A stretch of 15,356 nt of DNA from Candidatus Eiseniibacteriota bacterium (GTDB taxonomy: Bacteria > Eisenbacteria > RBG-16-71-46 > DASYSL01), in contig JBKJJJ010000082.1 in the NCBI GenBank assembly GCA_046598045.1, positions 1 through 15,356 of the forward strand, in the 5' to 3' direction. The notes beneath the pieces are model-generated. The model worked only from the letters and a program-made list of their open reading frames with translations, was not told the DNA's origin and did not search any database. The position numbers and the translations under genes are program-made. Below, in pieces: positions 1 to 7,706 of the stretch (its first letter is position 1; each line of letters starts with the position of its first letter).

Positions 1-9
1 CGATCGGAT

Positions 10-25
10 CGGCATCAGAATTGCG
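10..25 (+). promoter_or_regulatory. Possible sigma-54 (-24/-12) promoter
   Basis: CGGCAT-CAGAA-TTGCG: GG at 11-12 and GC at 23-24 with exact 10-nt spacing, close to consensus TGGCAC-N5-TTGC. About 240 nt upstream of the glycosyltransferase start. The CAT at 13-15 could instead be the start of a divergent minus-strand gene leaving the window. Confidence 0.35.
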
Positions 26-265
26 CCCTGCGGCGACGTCAGGCGCCGACACGCCGGGAATCGCGCGGTGCCGACCCCTGCGTTTGGGGAGTTGGAGGCA
101 TAACGTCAGGAGGGACAGTGGGATATCATGATTCCTTCCAAATCCCGCCCCCGCTACCACATTGAAGACGATCGGCCCCGAAGCCCGGCAGGTGCGCGCC
201 ACCTCCCACGCTTCGGGGCCGATTTCATTTCCGGGAGTGGCCCCGGCCGCCGGAGAATGCCCGCC

Positions 266-1108
266 ATGTCCGTCTTCACGAAGCTCGCCCGCTCGATCGA
301 CAAGCGCCGCCAGCTCGGCTACGCGCGCCGCGCGCTCGCGATGACCCCGCATCCGCTGCCGTTCTACGCAGACCAGCTCGCGGCCGGCGAGCCGTTCTCG
401 TTCTCGCGCTTCGGCGACGGCGAGTGGGGCGCGATCTTCCACTACCCGGGCACGAATGCCGACGCGCACGAGTACTTCCCCGAGTTGGGCGCTCGACTGG
501 CGAAGGCTCTGACCGACCAGTACCCGTATTTCGTCGGCATCCAGAACCACGCGCTGCGCTACGAGGGCCGGCGGATCGCCGACTGGTTGAACGAGCGCGG
601 GGTCAAGGGCCCATTCCACAATGCGGACGTGTTCGGGCAGGCGAACGTGCTCGGTACACTCGCCCCGTTCGTCGCTGCGCTGCGGCAGCGCCCGGTCGCG
701 ATGATCGGCCCGCCCCACCTGCGCGCGATCGACCGCGTGTTCCCCTACGAGCGCTACTTCGAGGTGCCGGCGGTGAACTGCTTTCTCGAGGCCGACGCAA
801 TCACGCGCGAGCTGCGCGCGTTCGGCGCCGGCCGGCGCGGCGTGGTGTATGCGTTCTCCGCCTCGATGGCCGCGAACGTGATCCTGCACGACCTGTTTCC
901 GGAGTTCGGCGCGGACAACTGGCTGCTCGACCTGGGATCGATCTGGGACCCGTACGTGGGGGTGCAATCGCGGGGCTGGTTCCGGAACCTCGACCTCGGG
1001 CCGGCGATGAACCGGAACATGGGCGGCTCACCGCCGGCGGACCAGGCGGCAAGGCGGCTCGAGGACGAGGTGCTGGCGCGCAATCGGCGGCTCATCCGGA
1101 CGGAGTGA
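266..1108 (+). CDS. GT-D fold (DUF1792-like) putative glycosyltransferase, ~280 aa
   Basis: Hallmark N-terminal SFSRFGDGE motif and C-terminal LLDLGSIWD (equivalent to the IDIGH motif of DUF1792/GT-D). Start placed at ATG 266, behind GGAGA at 252-256; the ORF-track extension from 128 looks non-coding. Confidence 0.75.
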   Translation: MSVFTKLARSIDKRRQLGYARRALAMTPHPLPFYADQLAAGEPFSFSRFGDGEWGAIFHYPGTNADAHEYFPELGARLAKALTDQYPYFVGIQNHALRYEGRRIADWLNERGVKGPFHNADVFGQANVLGTLAPFVAALRQRPVAMIGPPHLRAIDRVFPYERYFEVPAVNCFLEADAITRELRAFGAGRRGVVYAFSASMAANVILHDLFPEFGADNWLLDLGSIWDPYVGVQSRGWFRNLDLGPAMNRNMGGSPPADQAARRLEDEVLARNRRLIRTE

Positions 1109-1130
1109 GCGCGGGCCTTGTGCCGCCCTT

Positions 1131-1186
1131 GACCTGCACGCTGGCCGGGGCGAGGACGCCCTCGCTCGCACCAGGCGCGGGAGGTC
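1131..1186. terminator. Long imperfect hairpin between convergent genes (putative bidirectional terminator)
   Basis: Nested arms GACCT/AGGTC, CTGG/CCAG and GGGCGAGG/CCTCGCTC between the stop codons at 1108 and 1196. No U-tract. Confidence 0.45.
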
Positions 1187-1195
1187 CGGATCCGG

Positions 1196-3472
1196 TCAGT
1201 ATTCCAGGGTGTAGTTCAGCCGAACCGCCCGGCCCGGCTGCGGCAGGAAGTCCTTGATCACCGACAGGTGATCCCGGTAATCGCGGTCGAAGACGTTGTC
1301 GCAATGCAGGCTCAGGTCATGCACCGCGCCGCCGTGCACACGCCTGAGGCCGACCCCGAGATTCAGGAGTCCGTAACCCGTGGTCGGCGTGTCGCCGTCC
1401 CCCAGGCGGTTCTGCGCAGCGGCGAGGCGCCACTCGATCATCCCGGTCGCGCGATCGCTCTGGTAGCCGGCGCGGAGCAGGCCGCGGAGCGGTGGGGTGA
1501 ACGGCAGCGGAGCATCGAGCTGCGTGTCCTCGGCCCGCACGAAGTCGGAGGCCGCCTCGAGCGCGACGTGGGGCGCGACCGCGAGCGACACGCTGGCCTC
1601 GAATCCGACGAGCCGGGCGTCCGTCGCCGCAAACTGGCGAACCGGAAAGTTCTCGAGCGTGTCCCCGCGCAGGAATCCGTAGATGTAGTCCTGGATGAAG
1701 TTCGCATAAGGCGAGACCTCGAACTTGACCTTGCCGAAGCTGCCCTTGAGCGAGGCGTCGATCCCGAACCCGCCCTCGGGCTTCAACCCGGCCGTCCCGA
1801 CCGTGAACGTTCCGCTCGGCGCGTCGACGCCATCGGCGAACAGCTCCTGCACGGTGGGCGCGCGGAACGAGCGCGCCAGGCTGATCGAGCCCGAGACCTC
1901 CTCGCCGAACTTCCGGACCACGCCGAGCGAGGCGGTGACCGCGTTCGAGAGGCGGGCCTCGTCCAGCGTCTGGAACGTCGAGTCCGTGGAGGCGGGATCG
2001 GGCCGGGTGTGGATGCGGTTGTAGTCGTAGCGCACGCCGGCCTGCAGGCGCGTGCGCGGCGAGGCGTGGAATTCCTCGAACACGTAACCCGCCAGGCCGG
2101 TGGTGATCGAGTTCGGGCCGAGCGGCTCGTCCCCGTCGATCGTCAGCTTTTCGATGTTCGTCCACAGGCCGAAGGCGCCCTCGACGTTGCCGGCGGCGTG
2201 CTGGCGCTGCAGGCGAGCGTTGTAGGCGTGCTTGTGGAAGTGATTCGCCTGTGGGTCCGAGACGCCGCCCGCGTCCTGCGCGGTCGGAAACTCGGAGTGG
2301 TTGTAGTCGTTGAAATTCGCATCCAGCTTCCAGCGCGATGCGGCGGCGCCGAACGCGCTGCGCAGCTCGACGGTGTTGCGGCGCTGGGCGATGCGCGACG
2401 TCGTCGGCGGCACGTTCGCCCAGTCGTCGTTCGGCGGCACGCCGGCGATCCCGTAGTTCATCTCGTAGTGCTTCGCCCCGATGCCGATCGTACCGCCGTC
2501 TCCCTGCCAGGCGTAGCCGATGCCTTCCTCGTGGCTGCGGTCGAACGAGTGCGGCAGGCGGTCGAGGTCGAAGATCGTCCCGGTCTCGGGATCCTGGTAC
2601 GGGCCGGACGGGATATGGATGTTCTGCGCGTGTACGCCCCCGGCCGAGACCTGGAAGGCGTGATGCGCGCCGCTGAACGCGTTCGCGAAGTACCCGGAGT
2701 AGCCGTCGTTACCCGCGTTGCCCTCGATCGTGGCGATCCCGGAGAGCGCGCGCTCGGACACGCCGGGAACCAGGTCCGTGATCAGGTTGACCACGCCGCC
2801 GATCGTGCTCGGCCCGAACAGGATGCTGGCCGGGCCGCGCACGACGTCGACCTGGCGGATGCCCACGGCTGCGATCGGCGTCGCGTGCGCCGGGTCATAG
2901 GTCGCGAGATCGCCCATGCGCAGGCCGTTCTCGAGCACGAGCACGCGGTTGTCCGAGAGACCGCGCAGCACGGGCCGCGATGGCGCCGACCCGAGGCCGC
3001 GCACGTTCACGCCGGGGAGATCGGAGAGCTTCTCGGCGAAGCTGGATCCCGGGCTGGACAGGAATGCGACGCGCGACTTCGATTCGGCCGACTGGTAGAG
3101 ATCGTCCGCCTGGCGGGGAGTCGGCGAGGCCGAGACCACGATCTGGTCCATCGGGATGGCCGATTCCACGAGCTCGAACTCGGTGTGAGCGGTCTCGCCC
3201 ACGACCTCGACGCGATTGGTCTGCGAGGCGTGACCGATCAGGCCGGCCACGACGTGGTACGTACCCTTGGGGACGCTGGAGAACGAGAACTGGCCGCCGC
3301 TGCCGGATCGTGTCTCGCGGTCGAGGTCGAGGATGCGAACCGAGGCGCCGACGGCAGGCGCACCGGCGCCATGCACCGAGCCCGTCAGCGTGGCGGCGAT
3401 GGCGGTCGGTGCGACCAGGATCAATGTACAGAGCCAGAGGGCCGGCATGAACTGGAGTGCATCGCGATACAT
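1196..3472 (-). CDS. TonB-dependent outer-membrane receptor, ZnuD-like (probable metal or metallophore uptake), 758 aa
   Basis: Signal peptide (ALWLCTLILVAPTAIA); carboxypeptidase-regulatory-like N-domain; TonB-box-like DQIVVSA; plug RPVLRGLSDNRVLVLENG...DPAHA...VDVVRGPASILFG; barrel motifs RSFRAPTVQELF, LKPE, DNVFDRDY; aromatic C-terminus (YTLEY). The plug D-P-x-H-A and DYNHSE segments recall the ZnuD subfamily. SD AAGGA upstream of the ATG. Confidence 0.93.
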   Translation of the reverse strand: MYRDALQFMPALWLCTLILVAPTAIAATLTGSVHGAGAPAVGASVRILDLDRETRSGSGGQFSFSSVPKGTYHVVAGLIGHASQTNRVEVVGETAHTEFELVESAIPMDQIVVSASPTPRQADDLYQSAESKSRVAFLSSPGSSFAEKLSDLPGVNVRGLGSAPSRPVLRGLSDNRVLVLENGLRMGDLATYDPAHATPIAAVGIRQVDVVRGPASILFGPSTIGGVVNLITDLVPGVSERALSGIATIEGNAGNDGYSGYFANAFSGAHHAFQVSAGGVHAQNIHIPSGPYQDPETGTIFDLDRLPHSFDRSHEEGIGYAWQGDGGTIGIGAKHYEMNYGIAGVPPNDDWANVPPTTSRIAQRRNTVELRSAFGAAASRWKLDANFNDYNHSEFPTAQDAGGVSDPQANHFHKHAYNARLQRQHAAGNVEGAFGLWTNIEKLTIDGDEPLGPNSITTGLAGYVFEEFHASPRTRLQAGVRYDYNRIHTRPDPASTDSTFQTLDEARLSNAVTASLGVVRKFGEEVSGSISLARSFRAPTVQELFADGVDAPSGTFTVGTAGLKPEGGFGIDASLKGSFGKVKFEVSPYANFIQDYIYGFLRGDTLENFPVRQFAATDARLVGFEASVSLAVAPHVALEAASDFVRAEDTQLDAPLPFTPPLRGLLRAGYQSDRATGMIEWRLAAAQNRLGDGDTPTTGYGLLNLGVGLRRVHGGAVHDLSLHCDNVFDRDYRDHLSVIKDFLPQPGRAVRLNYTLEY

Positions 3473-3640
3473 GAAACCATCCTTTCGCGGATCCGCGCGG
3501 GATCGCGATCAGCGTCCGGGGGGACGGGCCGACCGACAGCAATGCGCCCGCCCTCCGGCCCCGAGGCCGGATGAAGAGCGTGTGAGAGACGTGCAGGAAA
3601 AGTGAGATCGGCTCAGCGGCCGATCACTCTCTCAGCGGCG
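3473..3640 (-). promoter_or_regulatory. Structured leader/attenuator-like region between the upstream gene and the TonB receptor
   Basis: On the minus strand: hairpin GATCGGC-cgctga-GCCGATC overlapping the upstream stop codon and followed by TCACTTTT; a G-poor C/T-rich tract (~3569-3607); GC hairpins at 3554-3571, ~3521-3553 and 3485-3508, the last abutting the SD. Confidence 0.5.
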
Positions 3641-4298
3641 GGAACAGCGGTGCGGCGGTACAACGGTGCGAGGGGATCCGGGTTGCCGACGCGACCTCGC
3701 CCCGCGGCAGGACCGCGGCAATGGCGAGAGGGTCCGCAGCGGCGTCGTGGCGGCGCGGCACGATCCCGCCTTGCGAAGGCGCGACACCGGCGTCGAGCGA
3801 GGCCTCTCCGCGCAGCGAAGGGGCCGGCCCGGCGGAGGGCGCGGCGTCGGATTCGTCCCACCAGTCGGGCTCGGTGCCGGGATGCGTGATCCACGCAGTG
3901 CGCACGGGAGGAGCCACCGGCGCGCCCTTGATCGACGGGACGATTCGAAATTCGGGCGTGGGCGCCGAGAGTTTTTCTTCCTCGCCCTCGCCGTAACGCA
4001 CGCACAGGCGCGCGTGCGCCGCGCTGAGTTCGGGCACCTTCCAGGTCCAGCGGTTGCGATAGCGCTCGAGCTCGGGCGTGACGCGAATCGTGAACCGGCG
4101 GTCGTCGTCAACCGCGAGCACGATTTCGAGCTCCTGGATCTCGCGCGCGGGCTTCGACCATTCGAGCTCGATCATGTCGCCCGCGTGGATCTCCCCGTCC
4201 GGGAAACGGGTCAGTCGCGGGCCGGCGGGGGTGGCGCGTGCGGGGCCCACAACCAGGACGAGCAGGCTGATGAGGAGCAGGAGCGGACGGTTTCGCAT
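3624..4298 (-). CDS. Exported hypothetical protein: signal peptide, Ig-like beta domain, Ala/Pro-rich linker, C-terminal Pro-rich motif (AAPLFPPLRE); ~224 aa
   Basis: MRNRPLLLLISLLVLVVGPARA is a typical Sec signal peptide. It is followed by a compact beta-rich domain (IELEWS...LEIVLAVDDDRRFTIRVTPELE...WTWKVPELSAAHARLCVRYG...FRIV) and a low-complexity tail. Start placed at ATG 4298 rather than 4373. Confidence 0.75.
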   Translation of the reverse strand: MRNRPLLLLISLLVLVVGPARATPAGPRLTRFPDGEIHAGDMIELEWSKPAREIQELEIVLAVDDDRRFTIRVTPELERYRNRWTWKVPELSAAHARLCVRYGEGEEEKLSAPTPEFRIVPSIKGAPVAPPVRTAWITHPGTEPDWWDESDAAPSAGPAPSLRGEASLDAGVAPSQGGIVPRRHDAAADPLAIAAVLPRGEVASATRIPSHRCTAAPLFPPLRE

Positions 4299-4306
4299 GG
4301 GGAGAA

Positions 4307-4315
4307 AACCTACCA
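4307..4315 (-). promoter_or_regulatory. Possible extended -10 promoter (TGnTAGGTT) giving a near-leaderless mRNA
   Basis: TG-G-TAGGTT lies 8 nt upstream of ATG 4298, which has no obvious SD. The -35 match is poor. Confidence 0.3.
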
Positions 4316-4353
4316 TGCCCCTCCGGGGGCCGAAAAGCGAATCTCCCCGGATC

Positions 4354-4437
4354 GGCGAGGGCGTGCGCCCCAACCAGAAAACACTCAGTCCCGGTTTCGG
4401 ACAATGCGAGCAACATCTCGACGAAGTCTCTGTTCAT
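4354..4437 (-). pseudogene. 5' fragment of a nucleotidyltransferase (DUF6036/AbiEii-like, TA-associated)
   Basis: MNRDFVEMLLALSETGTECFLVGAHALA matches the family N-terminal pattern MNxDFxxxLxxLxxxxxxYLVVGAHAxA. Similarity stops before the expected HG..R.T.D.D catalytic motif. SD-like AAGGAAGG upstream; overlaps the 3' end of the 66-aa partner gene. Confidence 0.65.
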
Positions 4438-4585
4438 CGAGTCGCCCTTCCTTGAACATCCAGGCCTGCATCGTGAGCGTCCATACCATCGCAACCCGCT
4501 CCTCCGGAGTCAGGAGGGCGTAGCTGTCCTCCTTGCCCTGATCCACGAGCCGGGTCACGCGAACGGGGTAGTTGGATCGGTCCAA
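4385..4585 (-). CDS. Small (66 aa) protein of the type found directly upstream of nucleotidyltransferase genes; putative antitoxin-like partner
   Basis: Motif LTPEERVAMVWTLTMQAW...RLRRDVARIVR. TTG start preceded by a very strong SD (GGAGGTGATCC). Overlaps the nucleotidyltransferase fragment. Confidence 0.7.
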   Translation of the reverse strand: MDRSNYPVRVTRLVDQGKEDSYALLTPEERVAMVWTLTMQAWMFKEGRLDEQRLRRDVARIVRNRD

Positions 4586-4588
4586 GGA

Positions 4589-4822
4589 TCACCTCCGAGG
4601 CATTATGTAGGCCTCGATCCTGCGCTCGATCGCCACGCTCGGGCCCTTGAATCCGGTCCAGTCGTCGGTGTGAGTCCCCCGGATCGCGTCCCGATCGCGC
4701 GCGATGTAGGCGCGGAAAATCGAGTCGATGTGGCCGAGGATCTCCGCGCGGTCCCGGGATCGCGCCGCGCGGCCGCCCCCGGCTTGGAGGTTTGATATTC
4801 CTCCAAGCCCTTGGAAGGCCAC
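4589..4822 (-). pseudogene. Truncated NTF2-like/DUF4440 (SnoaL-like) gene, N-terminal ~50 aa only
   Basis: DRAEILGHIDSIFRAYIARDRDAIRGTHTDDWTGFKGP (from 4753) has the helix1-helix2-DD-aromatic-strand pattern of NTF2-fold proteins, but ends after ~50 residues and has no convincing start. Confidence 0.55.
4781..4815. repeat. Overlapping inverted repeats in the divergent intergenic region
   Basis: Perfect 10-bp IR GGCTTGGAGG-tttgatatt-CCTCCAAGCC (4781-4809), and an overlapping TCCAAG-CC-CTTGGA (4802-4815) that shares the middle arm. Confidence 0.7.
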
Positions 4823-4939
4823 GATATGGAAACCCTCAACGGGCGGGGCTCAAGTCCCGCTCAAGCACCCTCCCCGAGGATTGTCCTTATAAGGTCGCGG
4901 ATCCCCGCGACCTGCCGGCGCACGCCCGAGGAACCTGCC

Positions 4940-7702
4940 ATGCATGCCCAGAGCCCCCAGCCCTTTCGTCCTGCAACCCGGACGCCCCGTGTGCCGCGGT
5001 TCGCGGTCGCCTCCTGGATCCTGTTCCTCGCCCTGGCGAGTTCGGCCGCAGTTTCGCGGGCCTCGACCCCCGGGAGCGCGACGCTCAATCCCTCGAATCC
5101 CTCCGCCACGTGGACCGGCAGCATCACCGGCGCCGGCACCGGGGAGAACACGTGCGTCAACGGCGTGAGTTGCGACAGCTTCCAGGTCACGCTCGCCCCC
5201 GGAGACTACACGGGCAAGCAACTCGACATCCGCATCACCTGGACTGTCCCCGCCTACGATTACGACCTCTTCGTGCACGTCGGCACGCTCAAAGGGCCGT
5301 CGCTTCCGGCGTCGGCGGGGGCGCCGCCCGCGACCAGCGAGCTGGTGCACGTCGGTATTGATCCCCCGGTGGTCACGAGCGCGCGCGTGTGGTGGGCCCA
5401 CATCCAGGCCGCCAGCGTGCCGCCGGCCCAGACCTACCAGGGCAGCGCATCCCTCGTGGCCTCTCCCCCGCGGCCGCTGATCAACTACCTTGCGGGAGAC
5501 TTGGCGTTCAGCCACACGATCCCGCTCATCGCGCGCGGCACCGTGCGCACGCTCGAGCCCAGCATTCGCATCGATGTGCGCGGCAACTGCTACGTCAGCG
5601 GCATCCGCGGCGTGCCCGCAGGGGTCGACCTCTGGCGCTTCGACCTGAACCCCGGCAGCCCCACGTTCGACCCGGAGATGCGCAACCCGCTTTACCTCGG
5701 CCAACCCGATGTGTTCCAGCAGCAGGGCGCCGGGGACCCAACCGCCGGCGGCGCCGATGGGGGCGGCGACATCGACATCGCCACGAGCTTCCCGACGACC
5801 CCCGGGTCGGTTCCCATCCTCACCATGGTGAGCCTGGCGGCGGCCGAGATCTCCTCGAACCTCTCGACCAACCTGGGCGAGACGTTCCAACACAATGGCG
5901 CGGTGGCCCTGATTCCCTCGGACGATCGCCAGTGGATCGAGGCCGACGGCCCGAACAACGTGTACCTCTACTACCGTGCGCCGATTCCCTCGGCCGCCTT
6001 GTTCGTGCAGAAGTCGACCGACCACGGCCTGACGTACGGCGCGGCGGTCCCGGTGCTCGATTCCAACAATCCGGCGTCCACGACCCCGGGCTACATCGAC
6101 GTGGATCACGCCGACGGCACCATCTACGTATCGCACCAGAACTCCAACGCGCTCTACGTCAGTCGCTCGAGCGATGGCGGCCAGACCTGGACCACGCGCC
6201 TGGTCGACAGCAGCACGGGTCACGGCCACCTGTTCGACCCGGTCAAGGTGGGCGATGACGGCACGGTGTACACGGTGTGGTCGAACGAGCGCCACATTCT
6301 GTATTCGTACTCGACCGATCACGGCGAGACATGGTCGCTTCCGGGCGTGGTGGAGAACCCCGCGTCGACGCGCACCAATGTGTTCCCGTGGCTCGAGGCG
6401 GGCAGCGACGGTCGCCTCGCGGTGGCGTGGTTCGGCACCACGAGCGACAACATCAGCGCGGCGGAGTGGGACGTCTATTTCTCGCAGTCCCTCGACGCAA
6501 AGTCGGCGACGCCGACGTTTCGCCAGCAGCGCATCACCGAGCACCGCATTCATGGATCGAATATCAGCGAGGGCGGCCTGGGCGGCGGCGCGAATCGCAA
6601 CCTGGGCGACCTCTTCCAGATCGCGTTCGACCCCCAGGGTGCGGTGGTCGTGGCGTTCGCCGACGATCACAACGACTTCGACGGCAACACCTACGTCACG
6701 CGCCAGCTGAGTGGTCCGGGACTGCTCGCCAGCGCAAACGGCGGCACCGGCAAGGTGCTTCCCCTGGTGGCGAGCGGCCCGCCGCTCTACAGCTTCGCCG
6801 AGCCGGAGGTCGTGGACCCGCTGCACGACGCAATCGCGCAGGTTCAACCGATCCCGACGGACAATCCCTTCGACGTGGTCGCGATCAAGTACTTCGCCGA
6901 TCTGAATGGTCCCGACGCGCCGTACGTGGGCGCGAAGATGACCCTCTCGGGCCTCACCACCGCTCCCCCGCCCGGTACGTGGCGCATGGCGTTCACCGCG
7001 AATGCGCCGGACGCCGGGAATCAACTCCCGTACGGCGTGTCCGATCACGGGGACATGTTCTTCGTGATGGCGAGCGACTCCGGGGGCGTGACCTCGTTCC
7101 GCTACGGCACGGCCTACCGGGACTCGACGCCGCTGGTCTCGGCGCTCGGTGCGTACGCCATGGCGTATCGCACCGTCGGCGCGGCCGACTCCGGCCTGGT
7201 GGATACCACGAGCAGCACGATCACAGTCAAGGTGTCGCTCGCGAAACTGAACGCGCTGCTGCCGCCGGGGCACGCGCCGATCGAGGCGGGCCGTTGGCTT
7301 TGCGGGTTGCGAGGGAGCGCCTCCTCCCTCGGCGCCGGTCCGAAGGACAACACGCGCGGCGGGCGCTTCAATTTCCTCGTGCAGTACACGGGCTACGTGG
7401 GTGTCGACCCCGGACCCGAGGCCTCGCGGCTGTCGCTCAGCGCCATGCCGAACCCGGCCTTCGCCGGTTGCGCGGTGCGTTATTCGCTGCCGCACCGGGG
7501 CCCGGTGACGCTCGATCTGTACGACGTGAAGGGGAGGTACCTGCGGACGCTGCAGTCAGGCCCGCTTGAGGCGGGGCGCCATGAGGCATTCTGGGATGGG
7601 ACCACCCGGGGGGGGGTGCGTGCCGCCCCCGGAGTGTACTTTGCGCGCCTCGCGCTCGCGGACCGGGAGGCGATCATCTCGCGGATCGTGGTGGTCGAGT
7701 AG
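4940..7702 (+). CDS. Secreted multidomain protein: PPC-like N-domain, Asp-box (BNR) sialidase-like beta-propeller, beta-sandwich domain, C-terminal FlgD-Ig/T9SS-like sorting domain; ~920 aa
   Basis: GAGGA SD before ATG 4940; signal peptide (RFAVASWILFLALASSAAVSRA); DYDLFV PPC-like motif; Asp boxes STNLGETF, STDHGLTY, SSDGGQTW, STDHGETW; tail VGVD...PNP...YSLP...LYDVKGR.LRTL..G.LEAGRH...WDG....G...APGVYFARL. Confidence 0.88.
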   Translation: MHAQSPQPFRPATRTPRVPRFAVASWILFLALASSAAVSRASTPGSATLNPSNPSATWTGSITGAGTGENTCVNGVSCDSFQVTLAPGDYTGKQLDIRITWTVPAYDYDLFVHVGTLKGPSLPASAGAPPATSELVHVGIDPPVVTSARVWWAHIQAASVPPAQTYQGSASLVASPPRPLINYLAGDLAFSHTIPLIARGTVRTLEPSIRIDVRGNCYVSGIRGVPAGVDLWRFDLNPGSPTFDPEMRNPLYLGQPDVFQQQGAGDPTAGGADGGGDIDIATSFPTTPGSVPILTMVSLAAAEISSNLSTNLGETFQHNGAVALIPSDDRQWIEADGPNNVYLYYRAPIPSAALFVQKSTDHGLTYGAAVPVLDSNNPASTTPGYIDVDHADGTIYVSHQNSNALYVSRSSDGGQTWTTRLVDSSTGHGHLFDPVKVGDDGTVYTVWSNERHILYSYSTDHGETWSLPGVVENPASTRTNVFPWLEAGSDGRLAVAWFGTTSDNISAAEWDVYFSQSLDAKSATPTFRQQRITEHRIHGSNISEGGLGGGANRNLGDLFQIAFDPQGAVVVAFADDHNDFDGNTYVTRQLSGPGLLASANGGTGKVLPLVASGPPLYSFAEPEVVDPLHDAIAQVQPIPTDNPFDVVAIKYFADLNGPDAPYVGAKMTLSGLTTAPPPGTWRMAFTANAPDAGNQLPYGVSDHGDMFFVMASDSGGVTSFRYGTAYRDSTPLVSALGAYAMAYRTVGAADSGLVDTTSSTITVKVSLAKLNALLPPGHAPIEAGRWLCGLRGSASSLGAGPKDNTRGGRFNFLVQYTGYVGVDPGPEASRLSLSAMPNPAFAGCAVRYSLPHRGPVTLDLYDVKGRYLRTLQSGPLEAGRHEAFWDGTTRGGVRAAPGVYFARLALADREAIISRIVVVE

Positions 7703-7706
7703 TCCA

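Noticed and set aside
128..265. ORF-track N-terminal extensions (128, 4373, 4811, 12426, 13793, 15012 starts)
   Set aside because: Downstream starts (266, 4298, 4940, 12318, 13649, 14847) fit SD sites, signal peptides or family N-termini better and avoid long overlaps.
1268..3574. Long antisense ORFs (1268-3574 +, 4850-7495 -, 7975-9339 +, 9376-12357 +, 12351-13928 +, 13618-14865 +)
   Set aside because: They are shadows of well-supported genes on the opposite strand, expected from high-GC codon bias, and the translations show no recognisable motifs.
4587..4597. GGATCACCTCC, identical to the 3' end of 16S rRNA
   Set aside because: The flanks do not resemble 16S rRNA. It is the reverse complement of an extended Shine-Dalgarno sequence for the 66-aa minus-strand gene.
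4354..4860. Integron cassette array or IS remnant explaining the gene fragments
   Set aside because: No properly paired RYYYAAC...GTTRRRY attC boxes, integrase, transposase or target-site duplication could be identified by eye.
7608..7616. G9 homopolymer in the FlgD-Ig tail as a phase-variation tract
   Set aside because: It is in frame, encodes the usual Arg-Gly-Gly-Val stretch of this domain and lies near the gene end. There is no evidence of slippage without read data.
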